In this document: positions 14,113 through 30,660 of the stretch, piece by piece
Position numbering within the stretch: position 1 is the first letter of the stretch
How the letters are laid out: each line of letters starts with the position of its first letter
Source: the human T2T-CHM13v2.0 reference genome, Homo sapiens
Length of the DNA: 64,000 nucleotides
Assembly: GCF_009914755.1 (NCBI RefSeq)
Contig: NC_060930.1
Strand: one strand, 5' to 3'
The notes under the pieces: model-generated
Seen by the model: the letters and a program-made list of their open reading frames with translations, nothing else
What the model was told of the DNA's origin: nothing
The model's database searches: none
Position numbers and translations under genes: made by a program

Positions 14113-15149
14113 ACCTGCACCTTCTAAGCTGAACGTGGCTGTAGAAAAAGACAATTGTGCCATCTAATCTCACCTTAAATTCATGATCCCTCTCTTCAAA
14201 TGGACCCTTTGTGCTGCTCTGCAATCATGCCACTTTTCTCTCATCCTTTTTCTTTTCCACATTCCTAGGTGATTATTTCATACCTCCCCCTCCATCCTCA
14301 AGCCTAAACCTCTCCTCTCACCCCCTCCCATCCTTACCCTCAGTTGATGGTGTTGCCTCTTATTTCATTGAGAATTTAGAAGCTGTCAGAAGAGAGGTAA
14401 CAAGCTCCCACTACTGCATGCACCCACTTTTCTGCATCTGTGCCCAATTATTATGACTCTTTTCTATTACTTTGGATGAATTATTCTTGTTTCCAGAAAA
14501 GATCACATCTTCCCCCTATGTTCTCAATTCTACCCCTCTCCCGCTTGATGACATCACTCTGGCTAATCTCTCCTCCTTCTTATATTGTCACTTTTTTTTT
14601 CCATCTTAAAAGCAAAAACAAACTCTCCTGACTCATTTCCTTTCTAAGTAACCACTTCATTCTTCTCCTTCCATACAATGGAGAGCTGTCTATCCCGTCT
14701 ATAATTTCTCTTCATCCATTCTCCTTTGAATTACTAAAAACAGGCTATCACCTCCTCTTCTATACTGGATTCAATGGCTAATCTACAGCCACCAGTGTTC
14801 ACCTTACTATATCTAACAGCCATGTTTGCCACTGTGAATCACCCCATTCTTCTTGAAACCCTTTGCTCAATTTGCTTTCCAGCCCATGGCATTCTGGAGA
14901 TGTTCAAATTCCATAGTGGCTCCTTCTCAGCTTTCTTCATTACTCTGAAATCTACATAGTGGTATTCCTGGGACTCAATCCTTGGAGCAATTTGTTTCTC
15001 TAACTACATTCATTCAGATGGTGATCTTACCCAGGCATGTGGCTTTCTGTACTGAGATATTTTGATATTGACATCCCACAGTATTTACTATTAAGTTTAT
15101 GATTTAATTTTATATCCACTCATTACTATGGTGTGGGGAGGTAATTTTT

Positions 15150-16720
<1,571 letters not shown>

Positions 16721-17154
16721 ATGATTAATTTAGAAGCATTTATAAATAATGCAGTTTAATTTCAATTTTGTTAGGATTAAAATTACCGTCTTTATACTGT
16801 CCTCTTTTGACCAATTGACTATTATGACTATTTTTGTTCTCTAAGAATTCTAAAAGCATGTCTATTTTCTGAGGAATCCCTAGATGAAGTAAAAAATAAA
16901 TACTTCCATTAAACAAACACAGCTGGTATAAACCGTTATGCTCCAAATTTTTATATTTTCTTTCATGGAACTCACAACTTTTGAATTTAGGCAACTCTGT
17001 TCATCTTTGAAATGGCCTCATGAGGCAAATAAGAAATAGCTGTTATTACTCCCACACAGTAAGTGAGGAAACTGAAGCATACTGATTTCTCTTTTATGTG
17101 CAATATGGCTCTCAGTTTCATATCATATCCATTATACAGTGCAATGCCCTCTAC

Positions 17155-17405
17155 CTTGGTATAGTGGCAAGCATGAACTCTGCAGTCAGAGTGCCTTGAT
17201 TCAAATCCTGGCTTCACCCCTTACTGGTAGCGTGAGCCTACTCAATTTATTTAACCTGAATGAGGTCTTAGTTTCTTCATTTATATAATGAAAACAATAA
17301 TAGTGGCTACTCACAGAGTTTTTGTAAGGATTTGATGAAATACTCAATAAAAGGCTTAGAACATTACTTAGTGCATGGTACGCTTCATAAAAGCAATTAT
17401 GATAA
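17155..17405 (+). mobile_element. MIR
   Basis: ttcaaatcctggcttcacc...agtttcttcatttatataatg...gcttagaaca. Confidence 0.8.
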
Positions 17406-17535
17406 TGATGATCATAAAGATGATAATTACCATACACATTATCTACCATTTATAGTCGAAGAACCAATCAGTTGATAATTAATCAAAAAATAAGTAAAAA
17501 AAATTCATGTCTAGCGCTATGCTAGATTTTCTTAC

Positions 17536-17899
17536 TGTCTCAGTCCATTTCGGATGTTGTAACAAAATATCATAAACTGGGTAGCTTATAAATAACAGAA
17601 ACTTATTTCCCACAGTTCTGAAGGCTGGGAAGTCCAAGATCAAGTCTCCAGCAAAGTCAGTGTCTGGGGAAGGCTTCTTTCCTGGTCATAGCTGACCCCT
17701 TCTTTCTTTGTCTTCACGTGTTGGAAGGCACTAGATAGCTCTCTGGGGTCTCTTTTGTAAAGGCCCTAATCCCACTCATGAGGCTCCAGCCTCATGATGT
17801 AATCACCTCCCAAAGGCCCCATCTCCTATTACTATCACACTGGGAGACAGGATTTCAACATACAAATTTTTGGAGAACACAGTTGTTCAGGCCATAGCA
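17536..17899 (-). mobile_element. MLT1A/MLT1A0 MaLR solo LTR
   Basis: TG...CA bounded; cacagttctgaaggctgggaagtccaagatcaag and aatcacctcccaaaggcccc. Confidence 0.9.
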
Positions 17900-18288
17900 A
17901 GCCTTAACCCCCAACATGATGATATTTGGAGATGGGCACTCACTTATCTTGTTTTTCTTTATCTTCACACCTTTCCCTGAAAATATAAAGTGCATAGGAA
18001 AGAAAACTGTAGAAAGCTTTATAGACTAAATATTTTAAAGAAACCCAGATCACCTTGTAACTATGCTCTTCATCATACCTAATGATACTTGCAAGATAAT
18101 TGTTGCTTCATCCTAGGCATTAATAAATCCTGTACATAGGCATGTTATTATGAATAGCTCAGTGACATTGCTCCTTAAGAAAAAAAATTTTTTTGAAGAC
18201 TAAAACCTATGTAATACTGAGTCCAAGGGGATAGCGGGAGGTAAGTGAACTAACAGTAACTAGTACACACACATAGGTAGTAAGTAGG

Positions 18289-18290
<2 letters not shown>

Positions 18291-18330
<40 letters not shown>
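18291..18330 (+). repeat. (GATA)10 tetranucleotide STR
   Basis: Ten perfect GATA units. Confidence 0.97.
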
Positions 18331-18989
18331 CAGAAGGAAGATATTTTCATTTAATCATTGCTACACCCTGTAGTCAGATTATTTCTCCTATTTTTTTTTT
18401 CACATGGGAATATTGAAGACTTAGCTAGCTCAAACAACTTTTTAAAGATAAAATAATTTGTGGAAATATTATTTTCACTCTATCATAATTCTTATTTTAA
18501 AAAGAAAATAATAAAAATAAATCTCTATAACTGATCATTGCTGTTGCCTGAAACATTTAACCAATTACCTCTATCTTCAGTAAATAGACAGATTTGTAAC
18601 TAGAATTCACTATTTTTTGTTTTGTAAACCTTATTTAATCTACCTAACAACCTTGCCAGAATAGAGATTGTTAGCATTATACTAAGTTCTGGAAATTAAT
18701 GCTAAGAAAATGTAAGCAACCTATAAAGCCTTGAACAAAAAGTATTAGAAGCAGGTTTCAAATCCACCACAAACTGCGTTCTCCAGACGGCAAGAGAGTG
18801 TAAACACTCTCTGCTGATTAAATGAGTTTGATTTTACAAGCTCAAGTGAATTATATCTTAGAGTCGGGACAGAATCTGCAAAAGTGACTAGGGGTCATGT
18901 ATGGAAAACACTTGAGAAATTGTGAGAACATAAAATTTGTCGCAGGATAGTAAGCAATAAAACATCTTTCCAGGTTTTATAAAGGAAAA

Positions 18990-20600
18990 TAAAATGTAGG
19001 AAACTGATTGTCATCTCCAGTGAAACTTAAGTATTGCTTACTTAACAAATATCTGTCAACTGTGGAAAAAATAAACAGTGCTCACTAGGAATCAGAATAG
19101 GTTCACTTTGTCAGAGGCAATGGCTCATGCCTGTAATCCTAGCACTTTTGGAGGCCAAGAGCGGAGGATCCAGGAGTTCGAGACCAGCATGGTCAACAAA
19201 GGCCCTGTGTCTACAAAAAATTAAAAATTAAAAAAAAGAATAGGTTCATTCAAAATAACACATATCAAACTAAGTGCTAGGTTTACTGTATATATAATAT
19301 CTGAAAACCTAGTTTTCTAAATCCCAGTAAAATATCAAGTTTATCAGACAATGTGATACATCATATCTCAAATTCAGCAAAAAATAATAACTGCTATTAT
19401 GTGTCCAAAACTGTGTATGTACCAGGACCAAAACAGGTCACTGTACAGAGATTTTCTCATTTATTGTTACAATAAACTTATGAGATAGACAAGATTATTT
19501 CTTCTTTTATTGTTGATGAACTGATGCTAGAGAAATTAAATAACTTGCTTAAGTCATAAAACAGCAGAGGCCATATCCATGTTTCAAATGCTGGTTTGTT
19601 TAAATAGATGTTTGATGAGCTATTTCATAGTATCCTTGCGCACAAGATTGAAAATATGAGCCAGATGTTAGCCAGCTGATAGGTTGATGGGCATATACGT
19701 TGCTAAAAAAATGTGACCCAGAGTACACTCTAGTGATATCTCCAATGATGAGGCATAAGCTTTGTATTTGACCTTGTTGTGTTCAAAATATCTGTAAATG
19801 CTTTGGATGATATCTATCAAATATTCAGATAATATAAAGCTGAAAGTATTATCTAATGTGTTGGATGGTGGGAAAATATCCTGACAGATGATACTATGAA
19901 TTACAGTTAACAAGATGAGATTAATAGAAAAGATTTGAACTCAGGTAAGCTCACTTGTTTGTTCATTCCTGTGGCATCTGTTAATTATGTTTCCAACATG
20001 CAGGTCTATGGCCTATGGTAGATAGTAAGAATATGAAGACTGCATGGGTCTTGCCCTCTAGGAGCTTATTCTCTAGTTTAGGGGAAAGAACAGAGGAAAT
20101 GACACATATTAGCAATTCATGTGAAGTAAGAGTCCTTACTTGATTGCAGATTCACTAGGTGCCAACACAGGGCATTGCTATTTGTATAAGATCCAAATCA
20201 AGGGAGGAAGTACATTTAATATATTTGCAAGTCACAGCTAGAGACTTATAATCTACTATATTTTGAAAGAAACCCTGAGTAAGATTGCTAAATGTTTAGC
20301 TTGAAACAAAGATTTAGGAAGTAATAGTATTCTTAGATATTTGAGGACCTTCCCTAGGAAAAGGGAATTAGACTTAATTTTCATAGCTTCAGAAGGCAGA
20401 ACTTGGATCACTCACTGAAAATTAGAATGCATCAAATTTTTATTCACCGTAAGGAAAAACTTCACAGCTTATGCAAGACGAAAAAAGCTGTCTTATAAGA
20501 ATTCATGCATTTAATGATATCTCAAGGAAAGTATAGAAGGCATTCCTGTATGGCAAGAAGGTTAGATTAAGTAATTTCTCACCTTAGGCCTGAGATACTA
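18990..20600 (+). mobile_element. Fragmented L3/CR1 LINE relic, interrupted by FLAM, MIR and L2 pieces
   Basis: CR1-like RT remnants ccttgttgtgttcaaaatatctgtaaatgctttggatga (LFNIFINDLD-like) and atcaaatattcagataatataaagctg (KFADDTKL-like). Confidence 0.55.
19109..19236 (+). mobile_element. Alu monomer (FLAM-like)
   Basis: Single left arm plus A tail; 12-bp TSD agaataggttca (19094-19105, 19237-19248). Confidence 0.85.
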
Positions 20601-21579
20601 TAATATTAATGTTATAGTCATTTGATTTTGTAGAAGGAATATATACCAACAGTTTTCCAGTGTGCAAAAAAAAACTTAACAAATCTAATATATTCTGATG
20701 TATTATTGAAGAGATACTAGCACATACCACTCTTGAGAATATAATTAAACTTCTCATTAGGCATCCAAAATATAGGAATTTCCCCTAATGGCTAATTTTT
20801 ATATAAGAAAAAATACTATGTACACTATTTCAAAGCAGACAGAAAAGTCATATGAAAAGGGTATGTCAAAAAAGTTTCAAAAAGAGGCTCTTGATTTATG
20901 TGTTGTGTGTTTGTGGACCTAACCAGGACATTTGATTCAATTAACCAAGTTTAGTATGTCAGCAACCCTCTGAAAGATTGAGAAGATTGACTGTCCAGAG
21001 AATATTACAATATTTGCTTTCTCTGTTGAAGAAATTATGTAGACTTACAGGTATAAGAGAAACAAAATCATATTTTTGAATCTCTTATTTTTAGTAATGA
21101 TTATTGGCTTTAAGGATTTTAATTCAGTTACTAATGTTATATTTAGGTTACATAAAATAATTCATTATGCAATTATTTTACTGCAAAAGCAAAAGGCTGA
21201 AAATTATTGTTGAAGATCCCATGTATTTTTGGCACATTCATCTCTATAAAATAAGTTCTTAAAACACTCCCCAGTTAACACTTATTCATCAGCATGACAC
21301 CTTGCTGAATGACTTGAAATTATAATTCATAGATAATTATTTTATCTTGGAGCCATTATCTCTCATAATGCTACTGTTAAATATGGAATGGCTCTTTTAT
21401 TGCTTAAAAATGGTGGTTCCTTTGGATGGTTGAATAAAAGAGGATTATGGCACTTAAATCAATGGCAAAATATGACAAATCATTTTGCCCTGCTAACCAC
21501 TTTTCTGCAATGACACTTGAAATTTGGGCTTTTTCATCTGAAAAAGCCTGACCAGTTTCATCTATACTTCCTGGAACAT

Positions 21580-23300
<1,721 letters not shown>

Positions 23301-23516
23301 GAATAAAGATGGTGGAGAAAATGGGGAGGCAGGAGGAAAGGAAACCAATTTAGGAGTGGAGTAGCTTCAGACAAAGGACGGAAACAAATGTCAAAGGGAT
23401 GGAAAATAATGTGGCAATATACTGAATTGTTTGCCAGGAAACCAAGGGAGCATCCAAATTAGAGCTTTCTTATCTCTTAAAGTAGGGTAAGGTGTAGAAG
23501 TAGAAGATTTGAGATT

Positions 23517-23810
23517 GGCTGGGCACGTTGGGAGGCTGAGGTGGGTGGATCACCTGAGGTCAGGAGTTCAAGACCAGCCTGGCCAACATGGTGAAACCCC
23601 ATCTCTACTAAAAATACAAAAAATTAGCCTGGCGTGGTGGTATGTGCCTGTAGTACCAGCTACTCGGGAAGGTGAGGCAGGAGAATCCCTTTACTCAGGA
23701 GGCAGAGGTTGCAGTGAGCCAAGATGGTGCCACTGCACTCCAGCCTGGGCGACAGAGCTCTGTCTCAAAAAAAAAAAAAAAAAAAAAAGAGAAAAAGAAA
23801 AGAAAAGAAA
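23517..23810 (+). mobile_element. AluSx-like element with a ~27-bp deletion near its 5' end
   Basis: ggctgggcacg joined directly to ttgggaggctgagg; the rest is canonical, with a long A tail. Confidence 0.93.
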
Positions 23811-25278
23811 AGACAAGACTTGTACCTTGTCATATTGGAAAACCAGATTCATTTCACATTGTTATAAAATCTGTAAATGTCACAATATAATTTCAAATAT
23901 AACACCAAAAATGTAAAAAATAAATGATCTAAAATTCACTGTGGCAATGTCATAGTTTCACTGCAAGAAATAGCATAAACTCTCAAAAAGAGTTAATAGA
24001 AGTTTTAAACAAACATTAATTCCATGGCAATATCTGTGGTGGAAATGACGTCAGCTATTGTTTGTTGTGAATTGCCACACATTCCCTACCAACAATTGTC
24101 TGGCCATTAGAAGACACATGAAACATAAATACATTCTTCTTGATTGACTAAATGAAGCAGAGCCCAGTCTATGGGATATCATCCAAGTTCAAGCTGGCGG
24201 CTTCGTGGCTCCAGCTGAGATTATCAGGAAGTCAATTCACTAACATGTCCATCTAGTTTGTAACTGACTTTTTTGTTTCTCAACTTTTCTTTCGATATTG
24301 TTTATAAGATGTAAGTCACTATTTTGACCACTCCAAATCCTGTCTTATAAAATCCAGCTAAAATTCAATTCCAAATTCCCTTCTTCCTTTTTCTCAACTC
24401 TCAAATGCAAGGATCGCATTCCCACAAGATAACATTCAATGTTGCATTCTTGCTGCCATGTTTATTTTTTGTCAGGTGGTTTTTTTAAATTATTATTTTC
24501 CCAAAGTCTAAGTAAATTTCTAGAAGGTAGGATGTTCTTTCATTGCCTGTTTCAGTGCATTCCATGTAGCTCTTCCTAACTCCTTATTGCATAATTGATT
24601 ATTGTGTTAAATATAATTCTGCTTCATGAAAATTTTAATTTGAAGCTATTTGCACACTATTCTGAAGCTATTCTCATTTCTTTGTGGAAAGGTGTTAAAG
24701 GGTATCACCCCAATGTCTCTTATTATGCAAGCATAAGAAAGAAGATATCGATCTGAGATTGCTAGTTTTAGATTGACTCCTCTGTATTTATGAAGAACCA
24801 CCTACATCTATGCTTTCCACCTTGAGGTGGTTTCAGAAAGCCCACTAGTGGGCATGTGCCAAGGCCACAGTATTTGTAGCACCTTTTTCTAACATCTCAT
24901 AGAGCTAAAACCTGGGATATGAAGAAACATAAATGCCTAGAAGAAATAATAAATTTTAGAGACTCGAAGTCTATTCCCCAATTTAGAGTAGGAGAAAAAT
25001 TTACATAGAGATTGATTCAGGGAAAAGAGAATAGCAACTCTTATTGTCAGTGTAGCTACGACAGCACAGTATTAGTTTCTCAAATCAAAGAGTTCCTTTA
25101 AAAATATTTATATCAAAGACTGAGTTCTCTGTCAGTGATAAAGTGTGTGTGTGAGTGTGTGTGTGTAAGAAAGTATATGTGTTCATAGACACACATTCAT
25201 AGCTAGGGACTGTATGATAAATTACATTCTAACTATCACTAAATTAAAAACAAACTTCTTCTCCCTTTTCCTTTACAG

Positions 25279-25403
25279 AATTGTCAACATCACACTGCTG
25301 GTGACTTCTGTGAACGATGTGCTCTTGGATACTATGGAATTGTCAAGGGATTGCCAAATGACTGTCAGCAATGTGCCTGCCCTCTGATTTCTTCCAGTAA
25401 CAA
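25279..25403 (+). CDS. LAMA2: Laminin alpha-2 coding exon (~exon 30): LE repeat
   Basis: Long pyrimidine tract ending ttacAG, donor CAA/gtaaga. 125 bp, phase 0 to 2. Reads [41 protein letters not shown](N). Confidence 0.97.
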
Positions 25404-27774
25404 GTAAGATTGAGAAATATAACCATATTTCCCAATCAGAAACGCCATCTGTCTAGCACATGGGCTGTCTATGATTTGGCTATTTTTTCCATGTAGACAA
25501 AAATCTCAATTTAAGATAGAGATATTTTTAATAATATAGAAACATGACAAAAGTGAGTATATAATGCTCTATGGTTCATTTTTCCTTTGAAACTCTGTCC
25601 CAAGTAAATAATACTTATTAATTAAAATTGAAGTACCAATATTAATGTAAGACATATTTATAAAACAAATGATATATATATACAAATATGCATGGTTTCA
25701 TAAATATACCAGTCTAATGCTTGCATATAGCTCTGCCCATAATATCATCTATGAAGGATTGTTCGGGTGCATATTATATAATTTTTGTGGCTGTTTCCAT
25801 TTATTTTATGTGTTTAATTCAAGATTGGGAAATAATTATCAAGAAAACATTGAAAAATTGTACAATTAAAGCAGGTGACTTATTGTTATGCTCCAAAAAA
25901 AGTCATCTCCCGGAATCACAGCCTCCTTTTTCTTAAGATGGTCTGAGCTTGGTACCATGGAAACACAGCCCTAAGAAGAAACAAAAGCTGGAATATCTTA
26001 TTTCAGTGCTGTCTGAACATTCTGCACTGGTTTATACATTGATGAAAACCCTAGGTGTTTTCATTTACCTTTTTGCCCACACTACCTGCACTTTCTGTTA
26101 AGTGATTTATAGACTTCAGTAAGGCAGGGTAGTTTTACTCTAAGAATTTGCTTTTGAAAATAATGTATGGCAGTTTGTTCAGAATTAGAATTCTGGACAC
26201 TTTATCTTGAGTGTTAAACAGCCACAGAGCAATTTGGACAATGTGATCTTTGCACCTGTGCCTACTCACTTTCTTCTTAATCTTCGGCTTTGTGTGCATT
26301 CTGAAAACATTTCCTGTAAATCATCTCCTTTTCCTCTGAAAGCTCCTCTTTTTTGTTGGCTGGAATCACAAGCCTTTTACAGGGTGTCAAATGTCAATTT
26401 TTAGGTAAGCTGGATATTGAAGAGGATAATATACATGGTCTTATTGTTCATCCAGGGACCAAGTAGTATGTGTATGAAAAATAACATTATTTTTGTCTCT
26501 CTTTCCCTAATTTCTCCTTGATGCCCCGATTTATTTAATTGTTTTAAAAAGTAAGCCATTTGGATTAGAAAAATTTAATAATTAATTGATAATTCCCTGG
26601 TGAGTACACTATAATAAAAGCTACAGGAGATATACAAGAGAAGCATGCCATTTTTTGGAGGAGCTCACTGTAAAACCTGTGTGTTAAGGGGTATCAACTT
26701 AAATGTAAAGAAAATTCAAAGGCACAAAACACCACACTTAATACTGGAAGCTTCAAGAACATATGAAAAGAAATAGTAGCATGTATAATGGGTCTTAAAC
26801 AATTAATTTCAGGATTTTCACTGGTGGGAATAGTAGGAAATTATATGGGCAAATGCTTACAAAATACAAGGCATGTGCAAAACCTAATAAGTAACAGAAT
26901 TTGGAACATGGCGTTCAGACACAATTTCATGATCACAGATGAAAATGAATGGGAGAATAAAGACCATATTGTAGAAATCCTTAAATACCAGTCTAAGAAA
27001 TAGTTATTTAATTTTCTATGTAATAAGGAAACACTACAAGTTTTTATTTTGAAAAAAAGGTTAATATGATTATGGCCACATTTTAGGAAAACTATTATCA
27101 TAGAATTGAGTATAATGAATTGAAACAGGCAAATGAGAAAAGCATAGAGACCAATTAAAAGGCTAGTATACTAGCATGGGCAAAAGATAATTAGAACCAG
27201 AAGTAGGTAATAGTAATAAGAATGGAGACAAAGGAATGAATGTGAGAAAATGGTTTAATACAGCTTTACAGATTCGGAAACTAATTAGATGTGAGGGGTG
27301 AGGGTCCGGGCAGAAGTTGAAGACAGGTTTTTAGGCAGGTTACCCCCAAAAATGGTGGTGCTATTAACTGAAATGGAGAAACCAGGAGAGAGCCGTTAGA
27401 GAAGAAAGATAATTTATGTTTCAAATAGGTTCAGATTGATAGAACATATCTGTCTGAATGGAAATATGCAAATAGCTGCAGGAAATGGAAATCTGAAAAT
27501 TGCAGGAGCAGATGAAGGAAGAGATATGTTAATAAGTGAATTAAAGTTGGATAAGATTTCCCAGGCTAATGTTATCCAAGGCGAGTATATAGAAAGAATG
27601 AAAGACAGGACTTTATGTTGGGAAAGGAGAAAAAGAAGAGCCAAGGCAGGAGCAGTCAGAAGAGAGGGAACCCAGGCGGCACTGCCATTGACACCAAGGG
27701 AGAGAAGAGCAGTGAACAGCATCAGTTGCTGCTCTCACAAGGGAGACCCAATGAATATGGTGGCAATTGACTAT

Positions 27775-28300
27775 TGTAATTGAGCAAATAAATGGGCTTG
27801 CCGCCTGAAGCACATAGAAGCCAATAACGTTGGCACTGGCTTCGGAGAAAAGAAAGGCTTTACTGCAAAATTGTTCAGCAAGGAGACAAGAGTCAGGTTC
27901 AAATCTGTCTCCCTAATTTGGGATATGGGGAAGGTTGCAAGGGATCAGAAGGCAAGGCAAAGGATTTAGAAATGCTGGCTTGGCAGAGTCTGATTGGAGG
28001 GCTTCAAATTTGATCACTTACAGTAAGGTATATTGAGGCAGATTTTAGCCCTGGATCTTCTGGGCCAATGGACCCCTCATTTCTGAAGGAGTTCCAATGT
28101 CCAGGTTTTGATTTTGTCCCTGTCTTGTTGGTTCAAGGGGAGGAATAGTTGGTTCCTGGTGTTGTTAGAGTTCAAAATTTTTCTATTGAACATGCCTGGG
28201 CTACATGACTTGCAGCTTTTGGCTCTGTTATACCTAAAAGGTAACTTGACATTTTGTTATCAACAGGGTAGGCCCGGTTTTGGTTGGTCCTGTAGTTACA
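27775..28300 (-). mobile_element. ERV1-class solo LTR (MER66/MER73-like), apparently inside an L2 relic
   Basis: Termini TGTAAT...GTTACA, 4-bp flanks ctat / ctct, internal gagaaaagaaaggctttactgc and tcaaatctgtctccct. Family name tentative. Confidence 0.7.
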
Positions 28301-29559
28301 CTCTCAGAGTCATTGATGAATTTTGACCATCAATAATGAAAGCAGAATTTGAATTTACAGTTTTAAGAAATTTCAAGAATAAAATGATAGAATACTACCC
28401 TGATTGGTTAGCAGGATCAATAACAGGGTGTGTTTTCATTTTTGTTTCATTGTTGTTTTATATGATTTGTATAATTTGAGTAAATTTTTATGCAAAAGAC
28501 CCTGAAAGAATCAAAATATCAAATTAAAATGGCAAGTTCAGTGGCTTTCAAACTTTATTGATTGCATCCACTGTAAGATACACTTTTTTATATCATAAGC
28601 CAGAAACACACAAAAACTTGTGTGTGTAGATATCTAAATATATGTATTATACACCATGCCATTTATTTAATTTTGTTATTTTACATTTTTAGAAAAAAAA
28701 TTTTAGCCAAAACCTACTCAATGGATTTCATGAGTCACTTATATCACCATCTAAAGCTTGGGACGTATTAGGCTAATTAACAAAGTGAAGACCTATAAAT
28801 TGTGAGAAGAGAAGAATTAAAATGTGAAGCAAAGAAACCAGCCAGGGCAAAGAAAAGAGGCACTTCTCCCCAAGACATAAAAACAGATTCTGAGGAATAG
28901 ATGGAGGAGGCTGAGATATCTCAATTTATGACTTCAATCTGTGCAGTCAGTGAGAAATATGGAGGCATGATGAGTGATTACTGACTCATTTCCACGGCAT
29001 TAGTTCAAGTCCTCATTATCTCTTACCAAAACAAATATGGTAGAAATTTAACTCTTATGACGGAGTGGCAGTGCTCACACACCCTTAGAAGTTTCCAGTG
29101 CCTTCCCAAGGAAAGATCAGACTCTTTGAGCATTAGAAACCCTCTGTAATCTGACTACCTTTCCAGGCTCCAAGCCCTCAACTCCATTCTATATAATGCC
29201 AAGTTTGGCATTTCTTGCACTTATCTAGACATCATTAGCAGTCTGCTCTTGCTATTCCCTCAGACAATCCCTGTGAAATCTAATTTATTTTTAAAGGCAT
29301 TTTTCAAACCCTACCTCTGCCACAAAACCTATCCATAGCACAGAATGTATTTTGTACATTTTATATACAACGAACACATTTTACTATACAGAATTATTTC
29401 AATCATTCTTTCAGGAGATGAACATTTACTAAGCATATACTTCATCCCAACACTATGAATAAAAGATAAAAGATATGTGTCCTGTCCTGTATGTGTACAT
29501 ATCTGTGTCTCACACAGAATTGTAAATTCTTTGAAGGTAAACATAATGTCTTATTTCTT

Positions 29560-30660
29560 TCTTTATTCAAGAAAAAGTTAATGAGGGCCCAACTCAATGC
29601 TAGGCATGGCTCTTCGTACTGGGAATATATAAGTGAACAAAACGGCCTGTGTTTCCTAGCCTTCTGGAGCTTGTATTTTTTATAAGAGAGTAAGATAAAG
29701 AAATAGATATATAATGTAATATCAGGTAATGACAAGTACTACCAGGAGAAATAAAGGAGACTCAAGGAACTTAGAGTGATGAAGGTATGATTTTAGATGA
29801 GGTGGTCCATGATCTTCACAAACAGATGAGACTTGTGCAGAAATGTGAATGGTGTGAGCCATGTGAATACCTGCAGGAAGAACAGTCCCCTCAGAGAAAA
29901 AAGTCACTGCACTGGCCCTGAGACAGACCCATGCTTGGCAGATAACAGGAGGCCAGGGTGGTTGGAACAGAGTGAATGAGAAGAGGGGGCTAGGAGATGA
30001 AGTCAGCAAAGCTCTAATGAATATCTAACTCTCCTGAGGGCTAAAAATCTTCCAGTGGCAAGAGGTGGCTTGGTACAGGATAATCCAGTGGTGTTATTGA
30101 TGGAAGCACCAGCAGCATTTGCAGATAGGAGATAAGTGGAGTGTGAGAGAGGAGACACGGTTGACACCATGGTTTTTGGCAGAGCAAATGGAAACATGGA
30201 GTGGCTGTTGACTGGGATGGGGAAAATTAGGGAAAGGTCTGGTGTATTTTTGGAGGGGGAGAAACTTACTTTTAGATCTGCGAAGGTAGGCACAATATTT
30301 AAATCCCTTAGGACTAAGTGAGATCATTCAGAGGAGAGAGGAGAAGGGAACAGAAATCAGAAAACTGAATTGTGAAGCACGTTAAGAGATCAAGGACATG
30401 CCATAGATCCAACAAAGGAAACTGAAAAGGAACAACCAATGAACTGGGATAAAAACCAGAAGGAAATGGTTTCCAGGAAGCCCATTTATCTCTGCAGTGT
30501 CCATAGGAGATGACACAGAGAGCAAGCTCTGTAAATTTTAAAAATTCTGTTGAGGGGAGTTTGGAATTAGCAGCCATAGGGAAATGTAAAAGATGGTCAC
30601 CATGAGAAAAGCACAAGGATTTCTGAGTAGCCCTGCAGACAAAATGATAATTGAGAGAAG
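29560..30660 (-). mobile_element. L2 (L2a-like) 3' region
   Basis: Antisense L2 tail ttattcaag...atgctaggca...gccttctggagcttgtatt; ccatggtttttggcagagcaaatgga. Confidence 0.7.
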
